Source of the DNA: Candidatus Falkowbacteria bacterium
Lineage (GTDB): Bacteria > Patescibacteriota > Patescibacteriia > Patescibacteriales > UBA12465
DNA: 64,000 bases
NCBI GenBank assembly: GCA_037134915.1
Contig: JBAXLJ010000003.1
Coordinates: 11,118-75,117 of the forward strand
Direction: 5' to 3'
The notes below the pieces were generated by a model. That model saw only the letters and a program-made list of their open reading frames with translations, was not told the origin of the DNA and did no database searches. Positions 61,076-64,000 of the stretch are shown one piece after another. Positions within the stretch are counted from its first letter, which is position 1; each line of letters begins with the position of its first letter. Position numbers and translations under genes: made by a program.

Positions 61076-62590
61076 TTATTTATTTTTTAAATATTTACGC
61101 TTAATTCTTTTATCATCTTCCTCCCTTTTTTCTTCAATTACTTCTTTGGCTTGGGCGCGAAGTTCTTCTAAATTAAAATCCTGCAGTTTACCGGCACGAT
61201 CTAGCAAATAATCCCGGTTATTTCTCTCTGGGTCATCTAAAACTTCCGAAAGTAAAACATCGAGCACGGCCCCCATTTTTGGGCTAGGAGCCATTTTTAA
61301 ATCGCGCAACAAATCATCACCATTTATCTTCAACATTTTAACAGAAATCGGATCATTTTGCACCTTCTCCATCATATATTGCAAATGCTGCAATTTATAA
61401 GGCAAGGCCTTAGGTGTCCCGGAACCAACTCGATCAGCCATGCGCAAATGAATTAAATCTTGTAGATTATCTCGCCCCACCTTAACAATTAAACGACGCA
61501 CCGAGGTGGCCGTGACTTCACCGACCTGGTAATAAAACATGTGATTTTTAACCAAATTAACCACTGTCTCTGTGTCATCATTGGAGAATTTTAAACGCTC
61601 CATAATTCGCCGCACCATTTTTGCGCCAACATATTCATGATTATAAAAAGTCGCAATATCATTAATTATCTTGCGAGTTTTTGGCTTGGCGACATCATGA
61701 AGCAGGGCCGCGAAACGAACTTGCCATTTAGCACTCGGGCAATTTTTAAGGGTTAAAACGTTATGCTCGTAAACCTGATAAATATGATGGCGACTCTGTG
61801 CCACTCCTAAACCCTCTTCAAGCTCCGGCAAAATATATTGAAGCAATTTGCATTTATGAAGCAATCTAATACCTTCCGAGGGTTTGTCGGATGACAAAAT
61901 TTTAATTAGCTCATCACGGATTCTCTCCTTGGACACAAATTTTATACTGCCAGCCAGCTTAGTAATCGCTCTCTCAGTCTTAGGTTCTAATTCAAAATCT
62001 AACTGAGATACAAAGCGGACCGCGCGCAGCATCCGCAAGGCGTCTTCTTTAAAACGTAACACCGGTTCGCCCACTGCTCTTAAAACTTTTTTATTAATAT
62101 CTTTTTCCCCGCCGAATAAATCAATCAGTAGATAAATTTGGCCGTTAATTTCCAGATAACGTCGATTGGGTTCGTTAATTTCTTTTTCAGTTTCTGGTGT
62201 TAGGGCTAAAGCGTTAATGGTAAAATCGCGGCGCTCTAAATCCTTATCTATTTCGGTTTCAAAAATAATCTCATCGGGATGACGAGAGTCAGAATAGCCC
62301 TGCTCGCTGCGATAAGTAGTAATTTCCAGAACATCAATCAAATCACCCTTCTCTTGGCCAGCTTTAGCTTCTCCTCTGATTGGCACCATAACCGTGCCGA
62401 AGGTATTTTCATACTTACCCTGCTCAAATATTTTAAGCATTTCTTCGGGTTTGGCATTGGTTGTAATATCCCAATCTTTGGGGGTTTTTTCCATTAAAAA
62501 ATCACGGACGCAGCCGCCGACAATATAAGCTTCAAAACCAGCCTTTTTTAATTTAGTAAGCGCCTCTAAGACGTAATCTGGTATAATCAT
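61076..62590 (-). CDS. cca: CCA-adding tRNA nucleotidyltransferase with HD domain
   Basis: 504 aa. GGCVRDFLMEKTPKDWDITT, RRDFTINAL, and HD region LLHDVAKP. Confidence 0.85.
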   Translation of the reverse strand: MIIPDYVLEALTKLKKAGFEAYIVGGCVRDFLMEKTPKDWDITTNAKPEEMLKIFEQGKYENTFGTVMVPIRGEAKAGQEKGDLIDVLEITTYRSEQGYSDSRHPDEIIFETEIDKDLERRDFTINALALTPETEKEINEPNRRYLEINGQIYLLIDLFGGEKDINKKVLRAVGEPVLRFKEDALRMLRAVRFVSQLDFELEPKTERAITKLAGSIKFVSKERIRDELIKILSSDKPSEGIRLLHKCKLLQYILPELEEGLGVAQSRHHIYQVYEHNVLTLKNCPSAKWQVRFAALLHDVAKPKTRKIINDIATFYNHEYVGAKMVRRIMERLKFSNDDTETVVNLVKNHMFYYQVGEVTATSVRRLIVKVGRDNLQDLIHLRMADRVGSGTPKALPYKLQHLQYMMEKVQNDPISVKMLKINGDDLLRDLKMAPSPKMGAVLDVLLSEVLDDPERNNRDYLLDRAGKLQDFNLEELRAQAKEVIEEKREEDDKRIKRKYLKNK

Positions 62591-62676
62591 AGTGTTTTTA
62601 TTATACCTGATTTGTTTGGTTTAAGTAAACAGTAATAAAAAACCACCCTTAGAGAGTGGTCTTTTTTATCAATCAG

Positions 62677-64000
62677 CTATTTCCTCCCTTTAAAGCTAGT
62701 ATGTAGCACAGCTTCCTCTAAACCAATCTTCTTAACATATTCAACCGCAGCCATCGCTTCTTTATTCTCATGGGCCCGCCTGACTTCCTGGTGGCTATCA
62801 ATAGAATATAAAGCGGCCATGCGTTTAGCTCTTATTTCTGCCGAAACCGGTGACGGTTGTCCACCGCCGCCAATACAGCCACCGGGGCAACTCATTACCT
62901 CGATATAATCATAGTCATTTAAATGACTTAAAACTTTATCAATATTACCTAAGCCGTTAACCACCGCGACTCTTAACTTTTGCCCGGCCACATTAACTAT
63001 ACTTTCTTTAATTCCACTAACGCCTCGAACTTCCTTAAATTCTAATTTAGCTAAACTCTTCTTTTTTTCTAAAGACCAAACAGTGGTTCGCAGGGCTGAC
63101 TCCATCACTCCACCTGAAGCACCATAAATTGCGCCAGCGCCACTACCATCATTCCAAATTAGGTCGCCAGTTTTAGGTGCCAATTTAGCAAAATTTATTT
63201 TGGCATTTTTCATCATGAGGGCAAATTCTCGTGTTGTAATAACCTGATCAACCGGAGTCAGTCCGAGAATTTTAAATTCCGGCCGCGTAATTTCATACTT
63301 TTTAGCAGTACACGGCATTACCGAAACAATAATAATATTTTTAGGATCAATTCCCATCTTATTTGCCCAATAGGTTTTAATGACTCCGCCCAAGTGAATA
63401 TGTGGCGAACGAGCCGAAGTTAGGTGAGGAATTAAATCTGGCTGGCGCGATTCCACGTAACGCACCCAAGCCGGACAACAGGAAGTCATCATCGGAAAAA
63501 CTGCTTTTTTATTTTTAAGTCTTTCAATTAGTTCTTCGGCTTCAACAATGGTCGTGATATCTGCTCCGAAATTAACGTCAAAAACATAGTTAAAACCTAG
63601 TTTTTTAAGTCCGGCAATGACTCGTCCTGTCATTTTATCATCATATGGCAGGCCGAACTCTTCACCAATAGCCGCTCGAATTGAAGGTGCAAATTGAGCA
63701 ATTACAATTTTATTTGGATCGGCTAAAATTTTATTAACAGCCGGATAAGAAACTTGTTCGGAAATCGCATCCACCGGACAATGGGTCACACACTGACCAC
63801 AAAAAGTACAAGGATTTTTAGTAGGCACAATTTCTTGATTAGCTCCGTGACCTTTGAGCGCCAAACAATCCAATTTCTGTAATTTATTACAAGCTTCTAG
63901 ACATAAACGACAGTCGATACACTGCGAACTATCACCTTCAATAGAGGGTGGAAAATTGTGATTTAAACGCTTAGTTTTTCGATCTGGAAATCTAGTAATT
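62677..64000 (-). CDS. [FeFe]-hydrogenase-like protein (H-cluster domain plus N-terminal ferredoxin-like clusters), 5' end outside the window
   Basis: H-cluster motifs MTSCCPAW, MPCTAKK, CPGGCIGGGGQP. The frame stays open upstream of the track's start to the window edge (my translation: ...QCIDCRLCLEACNKLQKLDCLALKG...), adding a further CxxCxxCxxxC motif. Confidence 0.85.
   Translation of the reverse strand, partial: ITRFPDRKTKRLNHNFPPSIEGDSSQCIDCRLCLEACNKLQKLDCLALKGHGANQEIVPTKNPCTFCGQCVTHCPVDAISEQVSYPAVNKILADPNKIVIAQFAPSIRAAIGEEFGLPYDDKMTGRVIAGLKKLGFNYVFDVNFGADITTIVEAEELIERLKNKKAVFPMMTSCCPAWVRYVESRQPDLIPHLTSARSPHIHLGGVIKTYWANKMGIDPKNIIIVSVMPCTAKKYEITRPEFKILGLTPVDQVITTREFALMMKNAKINFAKLAPKTGDLIWNDGSGAGAIYGASGGVMESALRTTVWSLEKKKSLAKLEFKEVRGVSGIKESIVNVAGQKLRVAVVNGLGNIDKVLSHLNDYDYIEVMSCPGGCIGGGGQPSPVSAEIRAKRMAALYSIDSHQEVRRAHENKEAMAAVEYVKKIGLEEAVLHTSFKGRK

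Noticed and set aside
1-64000. CRISPR arrays, transposases, phage integrases, prophage blocks and toxin-antitoxin pairs.
   Set aside because: No regularly spaced direct repeats were seen, and no ORF carries DDE transposase, serine recombinase or phage structural motifs. The only tyrosine recombinase (27904-28842) sits in a housekeeping array 6 kb from the cassette and looks like XerC/D.
1-64000. Alternative genetic code (code 25, UGA=Gly, as in Gracilibacteria/SR1, or code 4).
   Set aside because: Conserved genes (gltX, serS, metG, pyrG, recQ, dnaX, ribosomal proteins) are full-length under the standard code, with no TGA-interrupted frames.

Overview
Low-GC (roughly 35-40% by eye), densely packed bacterial chromosome segment. 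I infer a Patescibacteria/CPR-like organism from the DUF4012 protein, giant Ig/HYR surface proteins, FG-GAP proteins, an [FeFe]-hydrogenase-like gene, mostly Shine-Dalgarno-less starts and an apparently sparse metabolic gene set. The standard genetic code fits, since no genes are split by TGA. I call about 60 CDSs. Housekeeping genes: rplJ-rplL, secE-nusG-rplK-rplA, rpmA, gltX, serS, metG, dnaX, recQ, pyrG, alr, ftsQ-like, xerC/D-like, corA, rsmI, tsaC, cca, nifS/nifU. Envelope glycan locus at about 12-25 kb: O-antigen-ligase-like, Wzz-like, two GT4, and a TagA-Nudix fusion. Also present are several large exported proteins and a run of small nucleotide-processing enzymes at 41-47.5 kb. No tRNA, rRNA, CRISPR array or transposase was found. 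A TTGACA-N16/17-TAtaAT promoter motif and hairpin+T-run terminators recur in intergenic gaps. The strongest hunt result is a GC-enriched three-gene cassette at 18.4-21.6 kb. It encodes an OMP-like beta-barrel candidate, a TM/coiled-coil protein and a lipoprotein, all without recognisable families. It sits inside the glycan locus, bracketed by inverted copies of a ~100-nt two-hairpin element that precedes both convergent transcription units and shows compensatory base changes. The second result is a nucleoside-deoxyribosyltransferase-like gene split exactly at an A_AAA_AAG slippery heptamer. All functional calls come from motif recognition by eye; no database search was run.
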